The notes: generated from the letters alone by a model not told the origin. DNA of 63,656 bases from a virus (IMGVR_UViG_3300036859_000369:1-63656); one strand, 5' to 3'; shown: positions 37,782 to 46,437, numbered from the stretch's first letter. Program-made: numbers and translations.

Positions 37782-39395
37782 TCACCGCATCCATGGCTCA
37801 TCCGATCGCGGAATACCTGTCGGTGTCGGGATCTCTACCTCACGGTCGGCTGGCTCCCAGAATGCCTGTATGACGCTGTCACCATCATCGGTCGACCGCC
37901 CGAGTCGTTCTGGTTTCCGCAGTTCATCCTTTGACTCGACCTTGATTTTCCCGGTCCCCTGCACCCGATATTTCGGGGCAGTCAGGTCGCCTGTCAAGGT
38001 GTCGTCAGGTGGCAGCGCGATGTTCTCCCCGTACGTTGGGTCCAAGAGCTCTCTCAAGTGCCACCACGCTGCGCTCCGGGTGTCTGCCGCTCCGAGCTCA
38101 CCAGACCGGTCCCGCCAGTCCTCGCCGGTTGGTTGCTTCGGACTGGCACCCGCGATGAACGCGTAGACGTTGCGGACCTTTTCTTCACGGAGTCGATGCA
38201 ACGTGCCAGCCCCGATGCCGATCGCGTCAATCATCGCCCGTCCGCCATGGGCGTCCAGTATCCCCTTGATGCGACCGGCCGTCTCCATCGTGTCGGCCCG
38301 CTGGAATCGGCGGATCTCCGAGATGATGTGCATCTGCCGGAGCGCGAATGTTGTTTTGTCGGCCCGGTCGGACCCGCTACCCACGTCGACACCCAGCGCG
38401 GTAAAGGGCGGCCAGATGTACTCTGGGTCATCCATGATCTCGCGCCAGCGGTCCTGGGCCGCTTCCACCCACGCCAGCGGTATCACGCTGTCCTCGTCAG
38501 ATGCCGCGAATTCTCCGAGTACGCGATTCTGATAGACCGCGCTCCCGGTCCCCCACTGCTTTGCCCGTTGCTCGGCCCACTCACGAGACATCCGTCCGGC
38601 CACTATCGCCTCTTCCATAGTCACATGCCGGACGTACCAGTCCTCGGTACCGGGGGCTCGACGGTGGATCTCATAAAACCGGCCAACCGGTTCCCCCGGG
38701 GTACTGCCGGCCATGGCAAACGCTTCCCCCTGGCCAGACAGTGCCCCTTCGAGCGCATCAAACGTTTCGGCCGGGATCGTTTTCGACTCATCGAACAGGG
38801 CCAGCAGTCGGTCCGCGTGCGCCCCTTCCATGTTCTCGGGGGTGTCTGACGCCATTGCGAACGCCTCGCCCGTCCGCAGTTTGAGTGAATGCATGAGCAG
38901 CTCGGTGCGCCGGTCGAACGGGTCGCGACCGATCTTATCCCAACGCAGCCGTCGTGCCCATTTCCGTATCTCGGGCCAGAGGTATTTCGTCAACTGGCGC
39001 CAGGCTGATGCCGTGGTCGGGATCTTCCAGTCCTCACCATCCCGGGTCAACGCGTACCATAAGGTGACCCACGCCATCATCGCCGTTTTCCCCATGGTAT
39101 GCGGCCCACGAAATGAGACGCGCTTATGGACCGGGACCGCCGCCATGATCTCGTCTTGATACCCGGCCGGCCCCTCACCGTCGCGCCAGTCGATCATGTC
39201 GTGAACCCAGGCAACCGGATCGTCCTTATAGATCCGCCAGACAGTTGACTGTTGCCGGGCCTGTTCCTGGGTGCGCTGATCTTCAGTCAGCCGGGCGATC
39301 CGCTCGCGTTCGCGTTCTGCTTCCTGCGTCGCTTCCCATTCGAGCTCGGCCAGGAACGCGACTTCTGGTGTGTACGGTGCCCGTCGTACCATCAA
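37782..39395 (-). CDS. terL: Terminase large subunit
   Basis: GPHTMGKT Walker A, LFDES Walker B, LGVDVG nuclease motif, RSTDDGDS. Confidence 0.93.
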   Translation of the reverse strand: MMVRRAPYTPEVAFLAELEWEATQEAERERERIARLTEDQRTQEQARQQSTVWRIYKDDPVAWVHDMIDWRDGEGPAGYQDEIMAAVPVHKRVSFRGPHTMGKTAMMAWVTLWYALTRDGEDWKIPTTASAWRQLTKYLWPEIRKWARRLRWDKIGRDPFDRRTELLMHSLKLRTGEAFAMASDTPENMEGAHADRLLALFDESKTIPAETFDALEGALSGQGEAFAMAGSTPGEPVGRFYEIHRRAPGTEDWYVRHVTMEEAIVAGRMSREWAEQRAKQWGTGSAVYQNRVLGEFAASDEDSVIPLAWVEAAQDRWREIMDDPEYIWPPFTALGVDVGSGSDRADKTTFALRQMHIISEIRRFQRADTMETAGRIKGILDAHGGRAMIDAIGIGAGTLHRLREEKVRNVYAFIAGASPKQPTGEDWRDRSGELGAADTRSAAWWHLRELLDPTYGENIALPPDDTLTGDLTAPKYRVQGTGKIKVESKDELRKPERLGRSTDDGDSVIQAFWEPADREVEIPTPTGIPRSDEPWMR

Positions 39396-39847
39396 CGTTC
39401 CTGTTGCTCGATATATGACAGGGCTGCCCGACAGATCGCTTCGGCCGGGTGGCCGGCCCGTGCTTCGTGGAATGGGCTGAATACCTCACCCGGCTTCGGG
39501 ACCGGTGCCCACCCGAAGAAACAGTAATATACCCCGTGCGACATGCTGTACAGGCTGACCGTGGTCCGATCCCGCGTGAACATCTCGTCAACGATCGTCC
39601 ACGCCGCTGCAATGTCAGCGCTGTAGTGCGGCAACCTGCCCGCCGTTGCGCTGTGCCAGTCTGACTGCCCGCGCTGCCAGAATGATGCGGCGTCCGGTGG
39701 TCCCATGAATCGTCGCACATCCTCCGGACTGTGAAGCACTGACCGCCCATACATCTCAGACGGTCCCACGAATGTCAACCATTCCCAGCCCATGACCCGC
39801 GTGGCGACCTCAATATCCAGGGACCGGTCGTCTGCCTGATCGTCCAT
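39392..39847 (-). CDS. Phage ABA-sandwich (BC1872-like) protein
   Basis: LDIEVATRVMGW...PHYSADIAAAWTIV...AEAICRAAL. Confidence 0.75.
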   Translation of the reverse strand: MDDQADDRSLDIEVATRVMGWEWLTFVGPSEMYGRSVLHSPEDVRRFMGPPDAASFWQRGQSDWHSATAGRLPHYSADIAAAWTIVDEMFTRDRTTVSLYSMSHGVYYCFFGWAPVPKPGEVFSPFHEARAGHPAEAICRAALSYIEQQER

Positions 39848-40056
39848 CAGTGATCCTGATTCTCTGCGTGAATCTTCTTACCGATCGCATGCAGGTCGGA
39901 TGCTGCCGTCCCGCTCACCGGTTCCAGCATGCCGTCGTGTCGGAACACATAGGCCGGTGCCTGATTGCGCACACCCCCGTCATAGTTAGCTACCGGTGTC
40001 CGGGTGATCCGCTGGCCACACACGCCGCACGGTCCTTCGTACGCTATCAAGCTCAT
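39847..40056 (-). CDS. Hypothetical protein
   Basis: GGAGGG RBS, coupled overlaps. Confidence 0.5.
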   Translation of the reverse strand: MSLIAYEGPCGVCGQRITRTPVANYDGGVRNQAPAYVFRHDGMLEPVSGTAASDLHAIGKKIHAENQDH

Positions 40057-40280
40057 CGTACCCTCCTGATGGCCGGTTGTGTCCGCCCCGTCCTCGGTTT
40101 CGCCCGGATAGTCGCCTCCCGCAATGCCGCCTGTGCGTCTGTGCACGGGTCCGAACATGGAAACCACCGGGAATTCACCCGGGCATTACGGCAGGAATCC
40201 AGGTGCCGCGTTCCGTTGGCTCGGGGCATCATCGCTCGATGCAACGCCAGTCGATACCGCTCCCACGCCAGATCGGTCAT
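40053..40280 (-). CDS. Hypothetical protein
   Basis: ATGA-coupled. Confidence 0.5.
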   Translation of the reverse strand: MTDLAWERYRLALHRAMMPRANGTRHLDSCRNARVNSRWFPCSDPCTDAQAALREATIRAKPRTGRTQPAIRRVR

Positions 40281-40738
40281 ACCTTCACCCGCTTGACTGA
40301 TGCCTGTGTCTGGCCGGTCCGTTCGACCGTCTCCGCTGTACTCTCAATGACCACACCGTCCACCATCTGCCGAGCAGACAGCATCCGCGACCGTTCGCGT
40401 ATCCAGGCCAACGGCGCACCGGTCCGGGCCGCGATATCCTGGATCGCCTGTTCGTACTGAATTTCTACGGTTTGCTGGGGCATCCCTTCGAGATACTTCC
40501 AGATCAATTCGATCATCTTGATAGACTCCTTTGGCTCCGCGTTCAGTGCAATATCAAACATTCGCCTGACCAGTGCGACCCTATGTGTCTCGCGTCCGCC
40601 GCGCTTGACCATCAGGTCTAATTGCACCATCACGGCACTGGTGATAGGCTTGCGTCGCGGGCGCCCATTCGGATTGCCGGTCTGGCCCGGCTTCCAGGCT
40701 GTTGACGGGAGTCTGCGCGTTTCTGTGTGTTGCGCCAT
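40277..40738 (-). CDS. Probable terminase small subunit (DUF5681-like N-terminus)
   Basis: WKPGQTGNPNGRP; upstream of terL. Confidence 0.7.
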   Translation of the reverse strand: MAQHTETRRLPSTAWKPGQTGNPNGRPRRKPITSAVMVQLDLMVKRGGRETHRVALVRRMFDIALNAEPKESIKMIELIWKYLEGMPQQTVEIQYEQAIQDIAARTGAPLAWIRERSRMLSARQMVDGVVIESTAETVERTGQTQASVKRVKV

Positions 40739-40754
40739 CTGATATCACGCTATC

Positions 40755-41150
40755 TCAGAACGGCAGGGAATTGTCCGGAATATCGCCGTAATCCTTGCCG
40801 TAGGTATCCGAGTCATCGTCCTCACGTCGTCTGACCGTCATCATCTCGACACTGTCCGCGATGACTTCGAGTCCGGCCCGTGGGTTGTTGCCCCGGTCCG
40901 TCCATGGCCTGACTGCCAGTCTACCGTCAACGTAGACCCGCATGCCTTTCTCCAGGATCTCCTGGAGTGATTCGGCCCGTTTGCCAAACAACACCACTGA
41001 TATCCACTCGGTTGTATGCTCCCAGGTGCCCTCACGGTCTCGGACGCCAAACTGGGCCGCCACGCTGAACCGCAGCACCGGATCGCCGTTCGGGGTGAAT
41101 CGCAGCTCCGGGGCGCCGCCCAGATTGCCGATGAACGCTAGCCGTAGCAT
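40755..41150 (-). CDS. ssb: Single-stranded DNA-binding protein
   Basis: IGNLG..PELRFTPNG...KGMRVYVDGRL; acidic tail ending LPF. Confidence 0.95.
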   Translation of the reverse strand: MLRLAFIGNLGGAPELRFTPNGDPVLRFSVAAQFGVRDREGTWEHTTEWISVVLFGKRAESLQEILEKGMRVYVDGRLAVRPWTDRGNNPRAGLEVIADSVEMMTVRRREDDDSDTYGKDYGDIPDNSLPF

Positions 41151-41247
41151 GTCGTTTCCTCATCCGGCGCTCATGATTCCAGAGCGCCCGCTGTGTGCGG
41201 TGGTCTCGGTTACAGCACTGGCAGACAAGTGGGATATACATGGATAC

Positions 41248-41313
41248 CTCCGGGGGTCACGAACGGTGGAGCCTCTTGCATTCTCCACGTCATTTCAGAA
41301 ATGACCCCCGGAG
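41248..41313 (-). other. Extended stem-loop at the 3' end of periodic tract A
   Basis: ctccgggggtca pairs with tgacccccggag; inner gtggag/ctccac; contains the 17-bp GTCATT variant. Confidence 0.65.
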
Positions 41314-41324
41314 CATACCACACT

Positions 41325-41686
41325 GGACGTGTGCGCGGGTGGCTGTTTGCATGAACGATCGTTCGTCCGTACGCATGCTGTGAGCGTGAGCGCGGCTGTA
41401 CGCTGGTACGCTAGCGGGTGAGAATGTCTGTCGGTTCGGCTGCGTTGACCGCATGTCTGTTCGGAGAGTGTTCGTCCGGTTGCTGGTACGGGTGTCGGTA
41501 CGCATGCGTGAATGTGTGGGTGGTTGTGGGCCGGCGGGTGGGTACGTTGGACCGTTGGCCTGGATGTGGGTGAATCTGGATGTACGAACGTCGGTAGGCA
41601 TGCGGGATGGGCTGTACGCATGAATGATGGTTGGTATGGATGTTCGGGTGATCTGACCGACTGTTAGACTGACGGATCGTCTGCCT
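41325..41686 (-). ncRNA. Periodic tract A (period 4, sense CRNN), putative guide-RNA array
   Basis: Plus strand parses as ggac gtgt gcgc gggt ggct gttt gcat gaac gatc gttc... with a few phase slips. Confidence 0.7.
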
Positions 41687-42005
41687 CAATCGTGTATGGG
41701 ATCGGGTAGTCATCCGAATGCTCGTCATTCTGAAATGACGCGTACCTGGGCTCCGGTCGCCCTATCGCCTGCATGTCCGCCTGGGTTGCGCGTCGTTCAG
41801 TCAATGGCAAGTACACGCACCGTTCCGGGTGACTGGCCGATAGTAAGCAGGTCCGGATGGTCCATGCCCCGAACCTGATCGACGTTCGCCCACAGATCTC
41901 CTGATCGATGCCAGCCCGGAATGCATGTCGTCCGAAATGTGGTTTCGCACGTGTACACCGCTCCGGGGTGCCTTCAGTCAGATCGATCACGTCGCAACGG
42001 TTCAT
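41664..42005 (-). CDS. Cys/His-rich hypothetical protein
   Basis: ATGA overlap; C..C...H.G.H pattern. Confidence 0.5.
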   Translation of the reverse strand: MNRCDVIDLTEGTPERCTRAKPHFGRHAFRAGIDQEICGRTSIRFGAWTIRTCLLSASHPERCVYLPLTERRATQADMQAIGRPEPRYASFQNDEHSDDYPIPYTIEADDPSV

Positions 42006-42778
42006 GCCATAAACCCCCGTACTTTCGCCCGTTTGATGGTCTGCACCACCCGTCCGCCACGCCCCCGGATGATCAGGGTCGCGTTGTCCCGATCGATCAT
42101 ACACCGCAAACAGACCGGCACCAGACACCACTGATGCAGGAGATCCACGACCCCCCAGGTGTGCAGGCTGTTGCCGGCGAAGGTATTCCAGAGCGCATCC
42201 CGATCGGATGGGCGCGGGACGTACACTTCGATGGCAGACACGCCCGCATCGCGCAGCATCGCCCAATGGTCCAGCCATGCGATTTGATCCCAGGTCAGGA
42301 CGCCGTCCTCTTTCTTCGCTTCCAGAAACAACGTCCGTCCGTTCGGGTGGGCGAAAACATCATCCGGCCAGCCGGGGTCACTATGGTCTGATCGGTTCGT
42401 GTGATACTGCAACCGAAACCCGCACTCAAAGGCATAGGTCCGGATCTGTCTGCGCCAGGTGTTCTCAGTCAACCCTCGGTTGGCGATGTCGTCCCACTGT
42501 TCGCGGGTGATCTCGCCCCGGTCGTTCGTCACGACAGGGCGCCTGTTTGTGGCCGGACGTGGTTCTGGTCGGGTTATGGGTTTGTCGCCCCGGATTCGAC
42601 GCTCCGGGCCTTTGGGGGGCATCTGTGTCGGCAGCATCGACCAGTAATCCTCGCACCGGCACCGACTGATGGTACAGGGCCGCCTGCGCCGGCGCGACAC
42701 CGGCAAGGTGTGGGACGCTTCGGCGTGCCCACAATGGCACTCCGGATGCGGCTTGACACGACGGACCGGCTGCACCAT
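42002..42778 (-). CDS. VRR-NUC (PD-(D/E)XK) nuclease domain protein
   Basis: TE..W...SDPGWPD...LFLEAK...Q..WL. Confidence 0.75.
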   Translation of the reverse strand: MVQPVRRVKPHPECHCGHAEASHTLPVSRRRRRPCTISRCRCEDYWSMLPTQMPPKGPERRIRGDKPITRPEPRPATNRRPVVTNDRGEITREQWDDIANRGLTENTWRRQIRTYAFECGFRLQYHTNRSDHSDPGWPDDVFAHPNGRTLFLEAKKEDGVLTWDQIAWLDHWAMLRDAGVSAIEVYVPRPSDRDALWNTFAGNSLHTWGVVDLLHQWCLVPVCLRCMIDRDNATLIIRGRGGRVVQTIKRAKVRGFMA

Positions 42779-42981
42779 TACTCCGTGCGCTTCAGTTGCA
42801 GGATCGTCCGACCGCCGGCCTGTTCGGCAGCCTGTTGCGCCGCTTCCTCGTTCGGATAGACCGGCAAGTAGCCAACCATGTGATCCTCGCGGGTGCTCGA
42901 TGAAATGTCCCACGGTCTGACGGCCAGGATTGCCCATAGGTGCCCGTTCGCATCTGTTTCGATGTCGAGATCACTACTCAT
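42778..42981 (-). CDS. Hypothetical protein
   Basis: GGAG RBS, coupled. Confidence 0.55.
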   Translation of the reverse strand: MSSDLDIETDANGHLWAILAVRPWDISSSTREDHMVGYLPVYPNEEAAQQAAEQAGGRTILQLKRTE

Positions 42982-42983
42982 CG

Positions 42984-43409
42984 TTACTCCGGGAGTGGCC
43001 GTTGTTCGATCGGATCGGACCACGGCCAGCGCCAGCCGCAACCAGTAGCCAGTGTCGTCGGTCCCCAGTCGATCGGGCAATGATACACGTAGTTGCCGTC
43101 CCCGAGAATCATCTGTATCCGGATGCGTGGTCCGCCGCAGTTCGGGCACCCGGACGGGTGTGGGTGTTTCGCTGTGTTGGCTTCCATCCGGGCCATCAGT
43201 GCACGGACAGACGGCTGCATCCACCAGGAGACTTCGGGTGATGTTCTGACGTGCGGCGGTTCAGGTCCAGGTGCTGTGCGTCGAACGGCTGTCTGTGTCT
43301 GGCCGGTCGCCCGTTGATTGTGCGCGGACAATTTCTTCAGTTCGTCGGCGCGCTGCTTTGCGATCTGTTTGTCACGTGCTCGCCGGTAGGCGGCTCCCCC
43401 GTCTGCCAT
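42984..43409 (-). CDS. Hypothetical zinc-ribbon protein
   Basis: GGAGG RBS just after the hairpin; CPNCG...C...CGW. Confidence 0.6.
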   Translation of the reverse strand: MADGGAAYRRARDKQIAKQRADELKKLSAHNQRATGQTQTAVRRTAPGPEPPHVRTSPEVSWWMQPSVRALMARMEANTAKHPHPSGCPNCGGPRIRIQMILGDGNYVYHCPIDWGPTTLATGCGWRWPWSDPIEQRPLPE

Positions 43410-43420
43410 GCTGTCCTCCG

Positions 43421-43456
43421 CGCCCGCCCGGTCATTCTAGAATGACCGGGCGGGCG
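43421..43456. other. Perfect 36-bp palindrome at the 3' end of tract B
   Basis: cgcccgcccggtcattct|agaatgaccgggcgggcg. Confidence 0.9.
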
Positions 43457-43920
43457 GTTGTCTGTACGGCCGGTTGTGCGTTCGTCCGGATGGTCGCATG
43501 CGCGCCGGTCTGGTGGTCCGGAAGATCGGATGTTCGTTTGTTCGCACGATTGGTTGCAGGTTCGGCCGGCGGTTCGGCTGATCGTATGGCCGAACGTATG
43601 GGCGCATGTACGATCGGTGGGCCGAAGGTGTGCCCGGAGGGTGGGGTTGATCGCCGGTCGGTGCGGGCTGTCTGGCTGTCCGGTTGCCTGATGGTCGGTA
43701 CGCTCGCCGGTGCGAGTGAATGGGCAGGTTGATCGTGCGGCTGCCTGTGGGGCTCGCTGGTTGGTGTGGTCGTTTGAACGACTCGCCTGCACGCATGCGC
43801 GAGGGAATGTCGGAGCGGATGTCCGCCGGAATGCGGGGTCGATCGAATGTCGGTATGAGGGGCAGAACGTCTGTACGTGCGGGTGATCGGCTGTGCGCAG
43901 GTACGTGTGAGCGCGGGCTA
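43444..43920 (-). ncRNA. Periodic tract B (period 4), putative guide-RNA array
   Basis: 51 consecutive G-initial tetramers at 43444-43647 and 30/30 at 43801-43920 (hand count). Confidence 0.75.
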
Positions 43921-44433
43921 TGACGCTTGTTCGTTGACCTGGACAGACCGCCGGCCCTCGGTGATGCCGCCTCGGACCGCGTCGCCCACCGCTTCGGCTG
44001 CCTGACGGGCTACGAGCTCGCCGTCTATCGTTGGGTCCAACGCCGCCAGCAGTTGCGCCTGACTCCGGTAGGCGGCTGGCCCCTCCATGTTCATGAACCG
44101 TTGGATTGACCGGATCGCCTCGCGCCGGTTCACGTCGTCCAGTTCTGCGATACGTCGGGCCGTGCGGTTGATCCGACCGCCCCGGCGATCGGGCGCAAAC
44201 TGTCGGATGCCATCCTCAGTCCGGGCGCGAGCCGTGTACGCCTGAAGTCCGGCCCGGACGGCCATACGTTGCAGCGCGTCTCCGTCCGGCTCGATGCGGA
44301 TCAGGCCGGCCCGTTGGGCTGCCAGAAGACGGCTCATCATGTCGTCAATCGATTCGTACCCATCCTCTCCGAGAGACAACGCCTGATCGATGGGTATCAC
44401 GTCGTTCGTGGTGGTATCGATGATTCGGAGCAT
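43918..44433 (-). CDS. Hypothetical protein between tracts B and C
   Basis: AAGGGG RBS; 171 aa, helical. Confidence 0.7.
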   Translation of the reverse strand: MLRIIDTTTNDVIPIDQALSLGEDGYESIDDMMSRLLAAQRAGLIRIEPDGDALQRMAVRAGLQAYTARARTEDGIRQFAPDRRGGRINRTARRIAELDDVNRREAIRSIQRFMNMEGPAAYRSQAQLLAALDPTIDGELVARQAAEAVGDAVRGGITEGRRSVQVNEQAS

Positions 44434-44453
44434 CGGTGCCCCTTTCGGGTTGG

Positions 44454-44489
44454 GGTGCCCGGGGTCATTCTGGAATGACCCCGGGCACC
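44454..44489. other. Hairpin with 17-bp arms at the 3' end of tract C
   Basis: ggtgcccggggtcattc-tg-gaatgaccccgggcacc. Confidence 0.9.
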
Positions 44490-44490
44490 T

Positions 44491-44824
44491 GATGGTGTGC
44501 GTTGACCGCTAAGCCGTCTGTACGAATGTACGTGCGGCCGGTGGAATGCCGGGACTGTGTGCCGGCTCGGCTGCGTGTCTGGCCGTTCGTCTGCGAGACG
44601 GATGGAATGCTCGTTTGAGGGTCAGCCCGGGTGTCCGGTCGTATGCCTGTCTGTCCGCCTGCTTGTTTATCTGTACGGCTGAGCGCTTGCGGGAAGGCTC
44701 GGTTAGACCGTCCGCTGGCATGTGCGGTTGTTCGTAGGAATGGTCGCCTGTGCGGTTAGGATGGGGGAATGAACGATCGGATGCGCGGTTAGGCGCGTTC
44801 GTGAGTCCGATCGTGGGATCGGTC
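44491..44824 (-). ncRNA. Periodic tract C (period 4), immediately downstream of the RAMP-like gene
   Basis: 30/31 G-initial tetramers at 44581-44704; phase slips often at ggtta. Confidence 0.75.
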
Positions 44825-45962
44825 AGCGCTGGCCGTTGGCGCCCTGCACGGTCCGGATGGTCTCGGGCTTGACGCGGTCGCGTGGGTCGTCGTCGTCGTT
44901 GTTCATCGGCAGGTCCATCGGCTCGGGCGGCATCGGCACGTGCTCGCCGTTCGACATGGTCACCCAGGACTCGCCCGTAGACGTTGACACAAGCACAGCG
45001 TCGGCCGGTGCCTCGTTCGGGGCAGATGCGTACTTCTGGGCCTTCGTGACGGTGTCCGCATGGCCCGGCCAGACCTGTCGGCCATTGATTAGCAGACTGC
45101 TGACCACGCCGACTCCCCAGATGCCGCCCTTGCCGGTGCCGGCGCTGCTGATCCCGACATCCTGCACCTGCTCAAACAGGTTGATCAGGTAGCCCTCGGA
45201 AAAGTGGGACAGCGGGAAGTTTGCCCGGATGGTGATCTGGGTCCCGCCCGGCAGCGCTTCGTGCACGATCTCGCCAATCGCCTGTCCCCGGATGTTCGTC
45301 GGCCGGCGGGATGCCCGGATCAACACCTGATCCACCGGCATCAGGATGGTGCCGACCCGGACCCGGTGCCAGGCCACATCCGGCAGAACCCGGCGCACAC
45401 CGGCCGCGTCAATCGTGACGGTCGGGTCGCCCTTTTTCGCTGCCTTCTGAAACGCCGTCAGAATCCAGCCGCCCAGGAGCGCCACCCGGCCCGGCGTGAT
45501 GATGTGCCGCTCGTTGGCGACTTCGGTGATCCGCTTGCCACCACGCCCGGTCCGTTCGATCGTCCGCTCCCGCATCTCGAACGTTTCGCCCACCCGGGGG
45601 AACCGTGAGATGCCGACGCCACCCGGATCGGTGAAACAACCCAGGGTCGGGGTGAGGAACGTCCAGACCGCTTCCACCGGCGCCCACGTACTGTACGGCG
45701 CGATGTAGCGGGCTTCCATCTTGGACCGCAGACCGTCAAGGGCGGACCGCCCGGTCGCCGTGATCTGGTAGCCGGAATCGCTGTTCTGCCGGGTGATCGT
45801 GCCGGCCCGGTCCAGCTTCGTGATCATCTTCCGGATCGCGGACTCTTCTGCTTCGTCGTCCTGCTCCTGGACAGCCAGGATGATCTCGTCGTCCTTGAGC
45901 TCGCCACCATCGGCCACAGCGGCGAAAATCGCCAGTTCAATCGCCTGATTCTTCCCTGCCAT
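44823..45962 (-). CDS. Winged-HTH + RAMP/Cas7-like protein
   Basis: N-terminal wHTH-like (AIRKMITKLDRAGTITR...YQITATG); RAMP-like order: WTFLTPTLG, RFPR, LLGGWILTAFQKAA, HEALPGGTQITI, G-rich loop VGISSAGTGKGGIWGVG. Confidence 0.65.
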   Translation of the reverse strand: MAGKNQAIELAIFAAVADGGELKDDEIILAVQEQDDEAEESAIRKMITKLDRAGTITRQNSDSGYQITATGRSALDGLRSKMEARYIAPYSTWAPVEAVWTFLTPTLGCFTDPGGVGISRFPRVGETFEMRERTIERTGRGGKRITEVANERHIITPGRVALLGGWILTAFQKAAKKGDPTVTIDAAGVRRVLPDVAWHRVRVGTILMPVDQVLIRASRRPTNIRGQAIGEIVHEALPGGTQITIRANFPLSHFSEGYLINLFEQVQDVGISSAGTGKGGIWGVGVVSSLLINGRQVWPGHADTVTKAQKYASAPNEAPADAVLVSTSTGESWVTMSNGEHVPMPPEPMDLPMNNDDDDPRDRVKPETIRTVQGANGQR

Positions 45963-45985
45963 CGAAAACCCCTTTCGTGTCGGTG

Positions 45986-46186
45986 CTACAGGATGTGGGT
46001 GCGCTGCAATCGTCGAATGACGCCTTGCAACCGCTTGACAGCGGTCCGTCCGACCGCGTCACGTTGTGTGCGGGTCAGGTGGTTTTTGTAGATCCGCTCC
46101 CCTTCCTTGAATGCACGGCTGATGATCTGTTGCTGGCGCTCGTCGTACCCGTCCAGCAGGTCGTCAATCGTCGCCGCCGCTGCCAT
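45986..46186 (-). CDS. Small hypothetical protein upstream of the RAMP-like gene
   Basis: GGAGGGG RBS right after the hairpin. Confidence 0.65.
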   Translation of the reverse strand: MAAAATIDDLLDGYDERQQQIISRAFKEGERIYKNHLTRTQRDAVGRTAVKRLQGVIRRLQRTHIL

Positions 46187-46198
46187 CTCCCCCTCCGG

Positions 46199-46230
46199 CC
46201 GGGTGGGTCATTTGGGAATGACCCACCCGG
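46199..46230. other. Hairpin with 14-bp arms at the 3' end of tract D
   Basis: ccgggtgggtcatt-tggg-aatgacccacccgg. Confidence 0.9.
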
Positions 46231-46437
46231 AATGTATGCACGATCGCTCTCGTGGTCGCTGGTTCGCCTGGCTGAATGCCTGCCGGTACGGGTGTCCCGG
46301 TGAATGACTGTTCGCTTGCGTGCGGGTGTGGATGCCCGACTGCTCGTGGGTACGATCGCCCGGATGCTCGATGGGCGGTGTGAGGGTCTGTACGTACGGA
46401 CGTTCGATCGTCCGCCGGCCCGGTCGATCGGTGGTCA
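46230..46437 (-). ncRNA. Periodic tract D (period 4), putative guide-RNA array
   Basis: 52 in-phase tetramers; 50 start with G and 42 end in C/T on the plus strand (hand count). Confidence 0.75.

Noticed and set aside
43444-43920. Quadruplet-codon (NNN-C) decoding of the tracts
   Set aside because: Dropping every C gives a stop-free string, but that follows from the purine bias; A-ending triplets are common, unlike the phage's genes, slips break the frame, and no decoding machinery is evident
41325-46437. Tracts as microsatellites or CpG-methylation decay
   Set aside because: Units are highly diverse rather than expanded copies; deamination would give both TG and CA, yet the G is fixed on one strand
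41248-46437. Canonical CRISPR array with the Cas7-like gene
   Set aside because: No 25-45 bp direct repeats with regular spacers; no cas1, cas5 or cas6 recognised
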